Source of the DNA: Leptogorgia sarmentosa
Lineage: Eukaryota
Length of the DNA stretch: 64,000 bases
Assembly: GCA_964658305.1 (NCBI GenBank)
Contig: OZ210885.1
Location: forward strand, 9,486,001 to 9,550,000
Direction of reading: 5' to 3'
The notes under the pieces are model-generated. The model was not told the origin of the DNA. It did not search any database and saw only the letters and a list, made by a program, of their open reading frames with translations. Below are positions 1-13,600 of the stretch, piece by piece. The position numbers and the translations under genes were made by a program. The stretch's first letter is position 1. Each line of letters starts with the position of its first letter.

Positions 1-293
1 CTTCATATCAGCGCAGAGCGTTGCGCAGACAAGAACGTTTCTCATTAACTATTCCGATTTGCTTATTATACACGAGTTCTACAAGATTTGAATTTCCAGG
101 TAAATTTGTTCTACGTAAAAATAGTAGTTTTTGAACATGGTACAGTACTTGAAGCACAAAAATTAACAAGGTTGAGGCTAGGTTCATATGAATTTAGTAA
201 AATGAAAATAAATTTAGTGAAATGAAATGAAAACGAGATCGTCCGCAACCTATTTATAAGAAAGCTGGCCCAAATAGACAATTTGAACTATAC

Positions 294-526
294 CTGTGAC
301 AGAAAAGCACTGTGTGTGAAGATTCCAAACTCTGAAAGTTCCATCTCTAGATGCGGAAACACATCTAGAGTCATCACGAGCGACTGTAATACCTGTGACA
401 TCATTTGAATGATCAGAGAAACTGTTTTCTTCCATGTACGCAGCAGTTCCCAGGTTCCAAACCCTGATACTTCCATCCCCTGACGCTGTCAATGCCTTCT
501 TTGCATTGGGAATTATTGCAAGACCG
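294..526 (-). CDS. Duplicate of WD40 exon 11
   Basis: Same translation as 6658-6890 at an offset of 6364. Confidence 0.6.
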
Positions 527-1819
527 CTGAAATATTAAAAGCTGATTGTTTATTTCGAATAATAATTTGTTCTACCGAAAAAAGGCAAAGACGATCTCTG
601 CCAGACCATTGATTGTTCAAGAAACCAATGTTATCAAAATATGCTGTATAATTTATTCATAAATGATCAGGGAAATATGTCGTATTCATCAAATGTTAGT
701 GCAAATGAAAACTACATCTAAGGTCACTTCATATTTTGCAAAAATCTTTCTATTACTATGTCGACAACAATTAAGAAGATAGATAGATAGATAGATGGGA
801 GCCCTATAGACATATTGTGGAGTTCAGCACTCTTGATAATCAACGAAAGCAACAATACAAGATAGAGTAATGATAGATGTACAACAGGTAAAATTATGTT
901 GCATGGGATGTCATACGCTTCGGACTAGATTTTAGTCTAAGCAAGATGAACAAAATCTTTCACCAATTAGTAATACTGCAAAATTCAATCGCAAAAGGTT
1001 GCAAAGTACGGAAAATACAGTTGACAAATTTGTATACTTTTTGTATTTGCGTGAATTAGTAACAAATTTAATTATCAGTTTCAGCGCCCGTCATACAAAT
1101 GGATACCAATCTGCAACTTCGCACGGCTATATTTTCCGTATTCAGCACTTTTCGCATTCAACACCCAGGACGCGGGCGAGTGGGCCGGGCAGGCAACTGC
1201 ACCCCCCTCCCATCCCCTCCGATGACTTGCCAGAATTCTGACAACGATCTTTTTGTAAAAATGAAGGAATCTAGACTTCAACAAGATTTATTAGGTCTGT
1301 CCCCAAACCCGCCTAGAGCGTAATCACTAATGTGCATTTTCAAGCGCCCAATCGTGAGTTTTTTTCGATGTATTATTGGATGTATTATCCAACATTTCAC
1401 AACCAAACATTTAGTTTTTCTAATTTTGATAACGTCACAAAATGTCCTTCGTTTATGTTTAAAATCTTTCTAAAGCGCAAGTCGTCTATTGCATTGCAGA
1501 TAAGCTTAAAGTATGTAGCACGGCTATAGCCAGAGCAAATTAGTATAATGGTGAAATAAATAGAAATTCTTATATGACTGAAAATTAACTTCATGGAGTT
1601 CATGCTCGCTATCTTTTCAAGTAATCAAAAACCGATTTCAGAAAGCAGTACGTCTTAGTCTGACTGTGAAATATTGTATTAAATGTATACAATGGATAAG
1701 ACAGAATATGGAGCGTCATAAGCTTAATGTTATATATTGGGTCTTCGTTGTTGCCTTGCCATATAACGATGCTTTCGAGAAAATACCGGCAAATTAAATA
1801 GTTCCTGGAGTGAACCCAC

Positions 1820-2090
1820 CTGATGTCCGCGGAATGACCTTCATAACAGGAAAGTGACTTTCCAGTGTGGAAACACCACAACCTCACACAACCTTTAAGG
1901 TCTCCAGAAATAATATACTTTTTATCACCGCTCACAGCAATACTGGAAACAAGACATCGAACGTCAAGGGTACGAATTTCCTGATACGTTTTTAAATCCC
2001 AAATTTTTATTGTCCCATCGTATGAACCAGACACAAGCATTGGATTGTTCTTTCCTGAATCTAAACGAGAAACTTCGCACTTTAGTCGAA
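1820..2090 (-). CDS. Duplicate of WD40 exon 10
   Basis: Same translation as 8184-8454 at an offset of 6364. Confidence 0.6.
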
Positions 2091-4457
2091 CTGGCACAAA
2101 AAAAAACAAGGGAAAGCAAAGTACATGATATCCTAAATATATTCAATAACTCGATCATTGACAGGGGAGATTTTCATTTATGCATTCTGCATGTCCAGGC
2201 AATGGATTCTGCAGCAGTCCATATACAGAAAGTTGATTTTGTTAATACCGTTAGGATATTGAAGAGAAATTTACGCAAAAAAGAAATCATTCTTCTAGTT
2301 AGTTTTGCATATTATGTTAAAGCTCATTACCTCCGCGAGGAGGTTATGTAATCATCTCTTCGTTGCCTTATTTTTTAAATATGAATGCGTAATGAAGTTA
2401 TTTGATATTCTGGATGTGTTGTGTGAATTAGTATATTTACGGTACCGTACGGGTTGTTTTAGGAAATTCAACAAAGAGCAACAGTCTTGCGCACCATCTA
2501 AACGATAGAAACAGATTTAACGTTTCGATGAAACGTCCTTCCTCGTGAATTGGCGTGTTCACTAATGTAGTTAATCAGTGGATAGCGCAATCTTACATGT
2601 GAACAACCAACCCGTTACAGGAACGTTATAAATTGTTACAGCACGAGACCTCCTCCACTACACGAGCGGGAGGAGTTGAAAATTGATTTCTTTCACCAGT
2701 TGACACTTGACAAGTATTACTATTTACGCATGCGTTGCACCACAATGAATTTTTCCACGATTCTTGCTCCATCGAGTCATCGATTATATACAGGATTATC
2801 TCCGAGCCTCATATTAATTGGACTATATCAAATGTCTATATACATAACTATATATGATACCGATCTTGAACAATATATAATTATCTTGTGTCGCATCACA
2901 AATAGGTAAAGTCGTACATTACAGAACTTCAGCATTCAGTAAGTTGTTGCTGGGTCTTCCAGCAACACAAAATAGATAGTAAATATCTTTCCCGTATAGA
3001 TGACAAGTTTGGTAGGGATTTTTATAATGGGGATATTTTACGATCGGGTTAATTTGGTTCCAGATTTTCTAACTACAATACAAATAAAAGTTGCATTTTT
3101 AGTACTCAGTTGTGTTGGTAGTGGCTTTATTAACAGAGAGCAAAGAGTCTACTCTCCACCTAAATAACATAAACGGCGGCCATGGCTAGAAATATGCGAC
3201 ATGCAGTATTACGCAATGGGCATTCGGACTTTCAAAATGCTCGTAAATTTATAGTATGCAGCAACGCAAAATAGTATGTTTTCTTACATGCGAAGTATAA
3301 ACATGGTAAATCGACTTGTAACGAATCAAAAAAGCAAAATATTGTGATATTTAGAAGCCGATAAACCTTGTCCCCGAGCGATTCAAACGTATCCATGCAT
3401 TGTAGCGTATTAGCCGCCATTAATCATCAATTCTTATATACTTCACTGAAAGAGAGCGGTGTTTTAGGATACATGAAATACAAATTCCAACATGCGAAGC
3501 TTGATTTGTCAAGATGGGGTTTCGGCGGCTTCAACTAATATAAAACCTTTAAAAGGTTACGTATCTTTCCCTTGTCCAGCTTTACGTTTATGTTCGATAG
3601 TTATGGATATTTCAAGCAAAGTGAAGCACTTTGCCGAACATAAACGTAAAGCTGGAACATCTGCTACCTACACTGGTCACATATTCATACTTCAATTATT
3701 ATCTATCAGGGGTTATGTGTATTGTGTACGTTGACCTGAAACCGTCATCATATAGGTCTGAATGAAGTTGATGTATAGTTTGTCTTAAATCTTGCATGAG
3801 AATCCATTCCATAACACATGGTAAATTAGTAACTTACTGAATCTGTCGAAATTTAAAGCTGTTTATGAAATTGAAAGCCAATGCTTCAATGCTCGTATCC
3901 ATATACTGATATACAATTTTACTAGACTATTTTTAATATTAAAATATAACTTACTTCAAACGGACATTTGTTATATTTTCTTATTATATATTATATGTAA
4001 ATGTATATTTCTTTCGGTTCTGCTTTAAAATATGTCAGTACGAAGTCCTGGAATGGATTAAAAGTGAAGTTACAGGTTTCAAAGCAAAGCGCAAAACGCG
4101 GATGTCGTGCAGTTTAAGGCAGAGGTTCCAGTCCATGCCTTGGATTTTCAGGATCTGATACAAAAAGAACACAAATGTGTTCTTTCATTTTAAGAACACA
4201 TCTGATATAACATCAGAAAATCAAAGTTACAGGTTTATGCCAGTCAACGGAAAACTGCGTATTACATATACTGGCACTTGCACGCTGATGATTTCCTCTT
4301 TGTTTTCTTCATGAATTATTAATGCTTTTCACAAGTATATGTACCCATGTTTTGTAAAAATTGTATACATTCCTAATAATGAATACGCCGAGTCGAAATG
4401 TGGAACGAACAGTTAAAAAAATTTCTTGTGTTTGGATGTTTCTATTGTTTTGTATTT

Positions 4458-4603
4458 CTATATGCACAGTATGACTAGTAGCCTTGTGTACTGCACCTTT
4501 ATCGAGGACTTCCATGAGTTGAAGATATTCCCATTCTTTGACAGCGACACGACATATTGATCATCAGCAGAGACTGCAACATCTTTTGCCCATTCAAGTT
4601 CAC
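4458..4603 (-). CDS. Probable terminal exon 12: partial WD40
   Basis: caatag|GT gives GELEWAKDVAVSADDQYVVSLSKNGNIFNSW...LCI*. The 5' part is WD-like; the true 3' end is uncertain. Confidence 0.6.
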
Positions 4604-7600
4604 CTATTGATCAAGAAGGAAAAAATAATCAATTCAGAAATTGAAGTAAACATTAAAAGTATATTTCTGTAACCGTCACAAATAGGTTGTGCATGATCAT
4701 AAAAATCTTAGCAATTTAAGGATTTATATACAATGAAAAGAAAATTCTTGAAGAGTGGATTAAATACTGTATCTAATATGGCTGGATACTTTAACAAGCA
4801 GCAAAAGTTCTACTCACCAACTGAACGATATGGCAGTGAATTTGTTTTGTAACGTTTAGGTAGTAAGTAGAACTTTTGTTGCTTGTTGATGTTATTATAT
4901 CCGGAACCTACACAGCAGTTTTATCATAGAAGATATTTTCATCATCACAAATGGAGATGTATTTTTCACTTGTAAAAAAATGCACACATTGAGCTATCGC
5001 TAGCACCTCCATTCATATGACGTTGCATTGATAAACAACTTTGTAGCAATAAATTACGATGAACTACTAGACTACCATCCTTTAAATATTTATAATGTAA
5101 GAACTGGTGGAATTGTGAGAAAGTACATTAGAATGCGATACGATTTAGCGGATTGTGAAAAGTCAAGATGCAAATATATATTGTAATGTAATATATTATT
5201 GTTCCCACATGCTGGACCATTTGTCAATATTTTAAATATATATAAGTTTCATAAAAAAATCTGGTTTGTATTTATTACCGATAATAGGAGGGATTTGCAC
5301 AGAAATTAATCAATGCAAACACGATATAGGAATATTCGCGCCCTCTCACCCATTTAGCCACACCAAAATTGTGCAAATTTACACTTATTCAGTGTCCGCT
5401 GAACACTTCGGAATTTAGAGTTTGGTCGCATATTGAACCTTATTCTAGTGGACTAGACCATAAACTATCAAAAGAATGGACTGGAAACGCACGCTGAAAC
5501 TGCACAACAACCGTGATACGCTTTATGTGGAACCACGTAACTTCACATTAAATCCTTTCCAAGACTTCGTATAGACATATTTGAAACCAGAAGAGAAATG
5601 AGTGGGCAAAAATTCATTGTTGCAATAAGTGGTGAGAAATTTTATATCTTGATATTTTGCTTGCGTTGTGTTTGTCATTGTTGCCTTTCAGTATCAAATA
5701 TTCCGTATCTCTACACTCTTCTTTATACTCCTGTAATAAACAAATTACTTCCCAGTTGCTCGTTTGCACCGTTATATACTCGCTGTGATCGCTAAGCTCA
5801 CGATCGTATAAGCTAAGATCGTATTTAGCGATCCATCACAATTGGTAAATAAAAATTATATGCACTCGCCAACCGTGAAGTAGCCAATATCTATGTATTG
5901 TCTTTCCATCTTAGACAGTCGCCAAATCTCATAAAACATTTCCCTTTCGTCAATGATGTAAATAGAGATGTCTACCGTACGATTCGCAAATAATAAAATT
6001 CGAACAAACGAGACAACTGCACATGAAGTAATTTGTTTATTATATGAATACAAGGAATAGTGTAGAGATATGGAATATTTGATACACACAGACGACAATG
6101 ACAAACACAACACGAGCGAAACATCAAAATATAAAATATCTTAGCTTACTGTATTGCTTTGTTTTCAAGGAGGTTTATATCGTCATTCTGCATGAATTTA
6201 GTTGAAATTTTGTAATTACGATTGGTTATAAGAATACCAAAGGAATTCTTTTCTTTACATGCAATTATCTTAGGGAATACAAATCAAAAGGCAATTAACG
6301 TAGGCCTAATTAATCTACGAAAGCCTGCTATCCATTCAAATGTACTTAACCACCGGTTTTCTGTCTTCATATCAGTGCAGAGCGTTGCGCAGACAAGAAC
6401 GTTTCTCATTAACTATTCCGATTTGCTTATTATACACGAGTTCTACAAGATTTGAATTTCCAGGTAAATTTGTTCTACGTAAAAATAGTAGTTTTTGAAC
6501 ATGGTACAGTACTTGAAGCACAAAAATTAACAAGGTTGAGGCTAGGTTCATATGAATTTAGTAAAATGAAAATAAATTTAGTGAAATGAAATGAAAACGA
6601 GATCGTCCGCAACCTATTTATAAGAAAGCTGGCCCAAATAGACAATTTGAACTATACCTGTGACAGAAAAGCACTGTGTGTGAAGATTCCAAACTCTGAA
6701 AGTTCCATCTCTAGATGCGGAAACACATCTAGAGTCATCACGAGCGACTGTAATACCTGTGACATCATTTGAATGATCAGAGAAACTGTTTTCTTCCATG
6801 TACGCAGCAGTTCCCAGGTTCCAAACCCTGATACTTCCATCCCCTGACGCTGTCAATGCCTTCTTTGCATTGGGAATTATTGCAAGACCGCTGAAATATT
6901 AAAAGCTGATTGTTTATTTCGAATAATAATTTGTTCTACCGAAAAAAGGCAAAGACGATCTCTGCCAGACCATTGATTGTTCAAGAAACCAATGTTATCA
7001 AAATATGCTGTATAATTTATTCATAAATGATCAGGGAAATATGTCGTATTCATCAAATGTTAGTGCAAATGAAAACTACATCTAAGGTCACTTCATATTT
7101 TGCAAAAATCTTTCTATTACTATGTCGACAACAATTAAGAAGATAGATAGATAGATAGATGGGAGCCCTATAGACATATTGTGGAGTTCAGCACTCTTGA
7201 TAATCAACGAAAGCAACAATACAAGATAGAGTAATGATAGATGTACAACAGGTAAAATTATGTTGCATGGGATGTCATACGCTTCGGACTAGATTTTAGT
7301 CTAAGCAAGATGAACAAAATCTTTCACCAATTAGTAATACTGCAAAATTCAATCGCAAAAGGTTGCAAAGTACGGAAAATACAGTTGACAAATTTGTATA
7401 CTTTTTGTATTTGCGTGAATTAGTAACAAATTTAATTATCAGTTTCAGCGCCCGTCATACAAATGGATACCAATCTGCAACTTCGCACGGCTATATTTTC
7501 CGTATTCAGCACTTTTCGCATTCAACACCCAGGACGCGGGCGAGTGGGCCGGGCAGGCAACTGCACCCCCCTCCCATCCCCTCCGATGACTTGCCAGAAT

Positions 7601-10600
7601 TCTGACAACGATCTTTTTGTAAAAATGAAGGAATCTAGACTTCAACAAGATTTATTAGGTCTGTCCCCAAACCCGCCTAGAGCGTAATCACTAATGTGCA
7701 TTTTCAAGCGCCCAATCGTGAGTTTTTTTCGATGTATTATTGGATGTATTATCCAACATTTCACAACCAAACATTTAGTTTTTCTAATTTTGATAACGTC
7801 ACAAAATGTCCTTCGTTTATGTTTAAAATCTTTCTAAAGCGCAAGTCGTCTATTGCATTGCAGATAAGCTTAAAGTATGTAGCACGGCTATAGCCAGAGC
7901 AAATTAGTATAATGGTGAAATAAATAGAAATTCTTATATGACTGAAAATTAACTTCATGGAGTTCATGCTCGCTATCTTTTCAAGTAATCAAAAACCGAT
8001 TTCAGAAAGCAGTACGTCTTAGTCTGACTGTGAAATATTGTATTAAATGTATACAATGGATAAGACAGAATATGGAGCGTCATAAGCTTAATGTTATATA
8101 TTGGGTCTTCGTTGTTGCCTTGCCATATAACGATGCTTTCGAGAAAATACCGGCAAATTAAATAGTTCCTGGAGTGAACCCACCTGATGTCCGCGGAATG
8201 ACCTTCATAACAGGAAAGTGACTTTCCAGTGTGGAAACACCACAACCTCACACAACCTTTAAGGTCTCCAGAAATAATATACTTTTTATCACCGCTCACA
8301 GCAATACTGGAAACAAGACATCGAACGTCAAGGGTACGAATTTCCTGATACGTTTTTAAATCCCAAATTTTTATTGTCCCATCGTATGAACCAGACACAA
8401 GCATTGGATTGTTCTTTCCTGAATCTAAACGAGAAACTTCGCACTTTAGTCGAACTGGCACAAAAAAAAACAAGGGAAAGCAAAGTACATGATATCCTAA
8501 ATATATTCAATAACTCGATCATTGACAGGGGAGATTTTCATTTATGCATTCTGCATGTCCAGGCAATGGATTCTGCAGCAGTCCATATACAGAAAGTTGA
8601 TTTTGTTAATACCGTTAGGATATTGAAGAGAAATTTACGCAAAAAAGAAATCATTCTTCTAGTTAGTTTTGCATATTATGTTAAAGCTCATTACCTCCGC
8701 GAGGAGGTTATGTAATCATCTCTTCGTTGCCTTATTTTTTAAATATGAATGCGTAATGAAGTTATTTGATATTCTGGATGTGTTGTGTGAATTAGTATAT
8801 TTACGGTACCAAATTTGGGTGAAAATTTATTAAGCCCCACCATCTACTTAGTCCCCTCTTCAGATAAGCGGCCACCTGAAAGCAGGAAAACATAAATATC
8901 CCCCAAGGGGCTAAATAGAGGAAATACGGTAGTCTTTCTTTAAGCTGATCGAATAGTTAATTTCCCAATACGTGTTTAATTGGATTTTATACAAAACACA
9001 CTTCTTTCTCGTTTATTAAAAATAAATAGGAAATACGCAGTCGTAATCAACGTTTAATTTGGGCCGCAAAGTTCGAAAGTTTTGTTGAGGAAATATTCGA
9101 GTACCCAAATTTATAATTGCTATTTCTACTTATATCCATACTATGTACTGTAAAGTTAAGGAAAAGTCAAATGAAAGATCGTAAGAACTCTGCGTTGGTG
9201 CAATTACTCAAAACCAGAGTGTAACAGTACTGAACAGTACGTACACTGTAGCACGTACCCCAATGGGAAATTTTCATTGCTGCATTTGATCATTATTAGT
9301 TTGCACATGTATTCATACTTATGTTTGGGAACATAACTGTGTTTAACTGCTCTTAACTGTTGCCTAACTGCTCTTTCATGTCAATGAGTAGCTGTGAAAA
9401 TTGACTGATTAAATTCAATTATTATCACATTTATTCAAGCAACTAACCTACCAAGTTCTAACAGTACAGCACAATGTTTGTCACAACAATTATAAAACAG
9501 GTCTAACTATATAAATTTTGTCTGTTGGAATAAGAGGATCTGAGGTCAAGATGGACAAGATAAGTCAAACGACACCTGGCTATATACCTTGGCAATGGAC
9601 AGTATATCTAAAACAATATTACTTTACAAACAACATTCATGTTGGCTTCCATTTGTTACTTTATCTATATAATTTCATAAGTCAAAAACAAATGATTATA
9701 TGATTAGTCATATTCTGTTGTCAGCTTGTAATTCAATTCATTCTCCTGTAATTGAATTCTATTATATATTGTAGTTCAATTCGATATGTGTGCATTAATT
9801 AGATACATGTGAAACGGCTAGAATTGTTCCTGGTCGATATATCCCTATGAAATGCATTTCAGAGCAGTGGCGTAGGATGGTGGGGCACTTGGAAGGAGCC
9901 CCCCCTAACTTTCACGGTTATAAGAAAAAGTGTCATTTTAAAAAAGAAAGTCCCCTTCTTTCATGCTTAGGATTTGTACAGCTTTCTGATAGACATGAGA
10001 ATTTGCCCAAATGTACTAAAATATCCTGTAGGATTCCATCATTCACTAGCTTTTATATGTTTTGTTTGAAAATGCCGCCTTGCTGATTGCAAGTTGCAAA
10101 TACAGTAATAAGTTTTCCCAACCAAAAATATCATGTCTTCTGGTTGCTAAGTTATCGAAAGTTAAAGTTGAAACTTATGTAAAGTTGCAACATTTAATAG
10201 TAAAGATTTGGATTCTGTTCTCCCTGTGCCTCCCCCCCCCCTCCCCCCCAAACTACAACTTGATTCGTATGCCCTTGTTTCATAGCCTGCTTCTACTTTT
10301 AGGGCAGACTATTATTACTTACAAGAGGTCTAAACGCTAATAAAATATACAATACCCTGCCTAAATGCCAAGTCTTTTGAATCTACTTGTACATTATCAC
10401 AATTTATACATTTAAGGTCTGCGACACAGGGTAATCAGTTGAAATATACACACACAAGCAAATTGTCTCAAAGTATATTTAGAAAGCTAGCATAGATAAA
10501 TCTAATGGCCATTTTAAATACTCTTAGCATATACAAATACAACCAGCCTAAAAATTTGAAAGAAATCAGAAAGTCCTAAAATAGTGCTTGTACATGAAAG

Positions 10601-13600
10601 CACTGGTTACCACCATACTAACAATTAAGGAAAGACATTGCTTTCTTTCTAGGCATAATTTTTAATTACAATATTAGAATGCTGTTACAAGCAGGTATTT
10701 TTGTGCAACAATTGGGAAAATTAATTCCAAAACATGATATTCCCCACCAATCATTGCTTTATTGAACCATCGAGGAAGTTTACAATAAAGAATATGTTTT
10801 ATCCGAATGAAATAACAAATATAATTCTGAAGAGACTCTATTGAAGTAAGATCTTCAAAATGTTATGAAATATTAAGGACTTATTAACCGAGTGCGAGGT
10901 CTGTACGGGAAATTATTATATGGCAAGTGTTCTGAGCGGTCCGTCTGCTAAAATACAGCGTTCTGATTGGTTCCTGAGCGGTCGGTAACCTGCAGTACGG
11001 ACCGCTCACGTTTAGCGACGTCGGTTGTTTATTGAATCAAGCGACAACGAAGACGAAAGAAGTTAAAAACATGTTTGAACATTCTGTTCTTTTTTTGTTT
11101 CAACATTTTGTTCTTTTTTTGGTAGCCAATAACATTTTAGAGAACAATTTTTAGCGAACTTCTTCAACTGTTCTTATATTAATTAGCTGTTTACCGGCTT
11201 TGTTCATACTGTTGAATTGTTGTAAACGAGTTTTGTTTATCTTTTGCCATATAATAAAAAGCTTATTGACTGAGTTTGTTCGATCCGTACTGGAGGATAC
11301 TGCACGGTCTCGTTCTTTTCTCGCTTGTTTATGGACCTCGCCTTCGGCTCGGTCCATAAACAAGCGAGAAAAGACCTCGACCGTGCAGTATCCTCCGGTA
11401 CGGACCTCACACTCAGTCAATAACATATATGTATTGCCTGAGGTTTTTCCCACAGACCGAGCGACGAACGAGCGAGGTCTGTGCGTTAAAAACCGAAGGC
11501 AATACTTTCCCGTACAGACAGAGCAAATGAGGTTAATAAGGGATTTATTATATGGCTTTGTTCGATCGCAATTTGTTCTGACATTGTAGAAAGAACTAGA
11601 AAACACTTTCGCTGCTAAAACGTTCAGCCGTATACACTCGCATACTGGATGGCGGTTTCTAGCCGTTCACTGCGGTACAACAACAAAACAATAAAAATAC
11701 AACAAAGGAAAAAATTGAATAAAAAAATATAATGTAAATGTCGTGATAAACAACAAACGTTCGATGCGAAAGTGTTGTGAAAACAATGTACGTTCGCAAC
11801 AGTTTTCGAACTGTTGTTTTGTTCCCTGTTATTTTCACTTTAAAACTCAGCATTTTGGGTCGTGTGTTTTTCTGGGACAGTAAAATTCAATCGGGGAGTG
11901 TTCTTCATCGTCACGGTACGGCATAATAAGATTTAGTTTCCTTAAAAATTTTATTTGTATAATAGTTTCACGAGCGGGCAAGATGACTTTTTCCGGACCG
12001 CTAATCAACCAATCAGCGTGCGGCATTTATGTTAGCCATATAATAATAACTCATACAGTATTGCATACCTGTTGCGACAACACATGTCACCGTACGTGTA
12101 TGGCCAACCAAACTGGCCTCAAAATTTAGTGTATCGGCTTTCCACAACTTGATAGTCTTGTCAAGATGTGATCCAACAGTAGCAATGAACTGTCCATCTT
12201 TGGTCGTACACAGCGACGTGACTACCCCAGGAATACTTGTTGAGAGGTTTTCTCCGGTAGATACACAATACACTTTCAGCCCTACAACGCATGATGGATA
12301 CTCGTCAGACTGATGTTTCAATAATGTCTAACTCTAATACGATTTTGTGAAATCTTGTTTTTAATTGTGTCCCTCTCCGGCGCTGAACATGCTCTGGCTG
12401 TTGCTGGCTTATGTTTTTACACTGCGTTTCACTGCGCTGTACACAACGTTTACAGTTAACCGCTGGTTTGAAGATACGAATCCTGGAATCCTCAAACCAG
12501 CTGTTGCAATTATTGTTCAAATATATGAACAATTTGTACTTTTGGCAAAGGTTGAGAGGTGCTACTAAAACAGACGTATCTGGTTTTCCCAGGAAATCAT
12601 TTTACTACAGCTACGTTGTAAAACTGCTGTTCCTGGCATCAAAGACAAAAGAATTAGTGAACATGGTCCAATCACACGATACGATGCCGTTTGTAAATTT
12701 TATAAACCCACCCTCTACCATAGCCACATTGTTGTCAAATGTTGAAGCACCACAATGCAATTTGGAAATATTAATCAGTTCATTATATATAATTTTTATG
12801 AGGAGTAGCAGTAGTATGAAAGATTTATCAGAATGAATTTTAACCGTATACAAATAGAAACAATAGAAAGCGGAAATCTGACATGGAACAAACAAAGATA
12901 AGTACTTTCTTCAATAAAAAATCTAAGAATGTAGACAATAACAAGGAAAAGGATACTTCTGAAACAGCACATGCATCAGGTACAGACACAACGACAACAG
13001 ATGAAGAAATAATGGACATGACTTCAATTATATCGAATGAGAACATGATCAATGAAACAAATGTTACAATAGTATATGAATGCAGTGAAACTCAAGATGT
13101 CACAAAGGAAAATCAGCAAATTGAAAACATGAATACTGACTCTCACTCATCTGCTGTAACTAGCATAGCTGCAAGTAAAAAATCCAAGCATGAGCATGCA
13201 AAACCAAAACAAGGCGATAGCAGTGGGCATCGAGAAAGGTGGTTGAGTGTTTTTGAGGGATTAAAATATATTCCTGGCGAAGGCTACTATTGCACAATTT
13301 GTCAGCTGAAGATAACCAAAATCAAGTTAAGAACGAAGATGTCACAAGCATTCCTGAATTCTCTTGTGAGAATAAGATATAATGGACCTCCATCACCTGA
13401 ATTCTTTGCTGAGTACTCCAGTGAAGTCATCAACCATTGGAGAAATATGAGAAGAAGTGACCGAGTGATATTTAAGTAGTATTAGATTTAGGACATATTG
13501 AAATGAATATTGAACGGAGTAGTGAACTGAACCGTTAAAAATAACAATAGGGACAAGAACTGAAGTCAACTGTTGAACTTTGCAGTTTCTCATTATTATA

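Larger units (their letters stand above)
1..8810. repeat. Near-identical direct duplication: 1-2446 matches 6365-8810
   Basis: All ORFs recur at +6364. The copies diverge after ttacggtacc. I noticed one substitution (position 12 C vs 6376 T). Confidence 0.95.

Noticed and set aside
999..1529. Short plus-strand ORFs and their copies at 7363-7893
   Set aside because: Intronic, no motifs, and they recur only because of the duplication.
4309..4515. Alternative-frame ORF as the true C-terminus
   Set aside because: It would need a frameshift near 4530 and has no recognisable motif; left unresolved.
11151..11606. 151-aa and 129-aa overlapping ORFs
   Set aside because: They fall within palindromic non-coding repeats.
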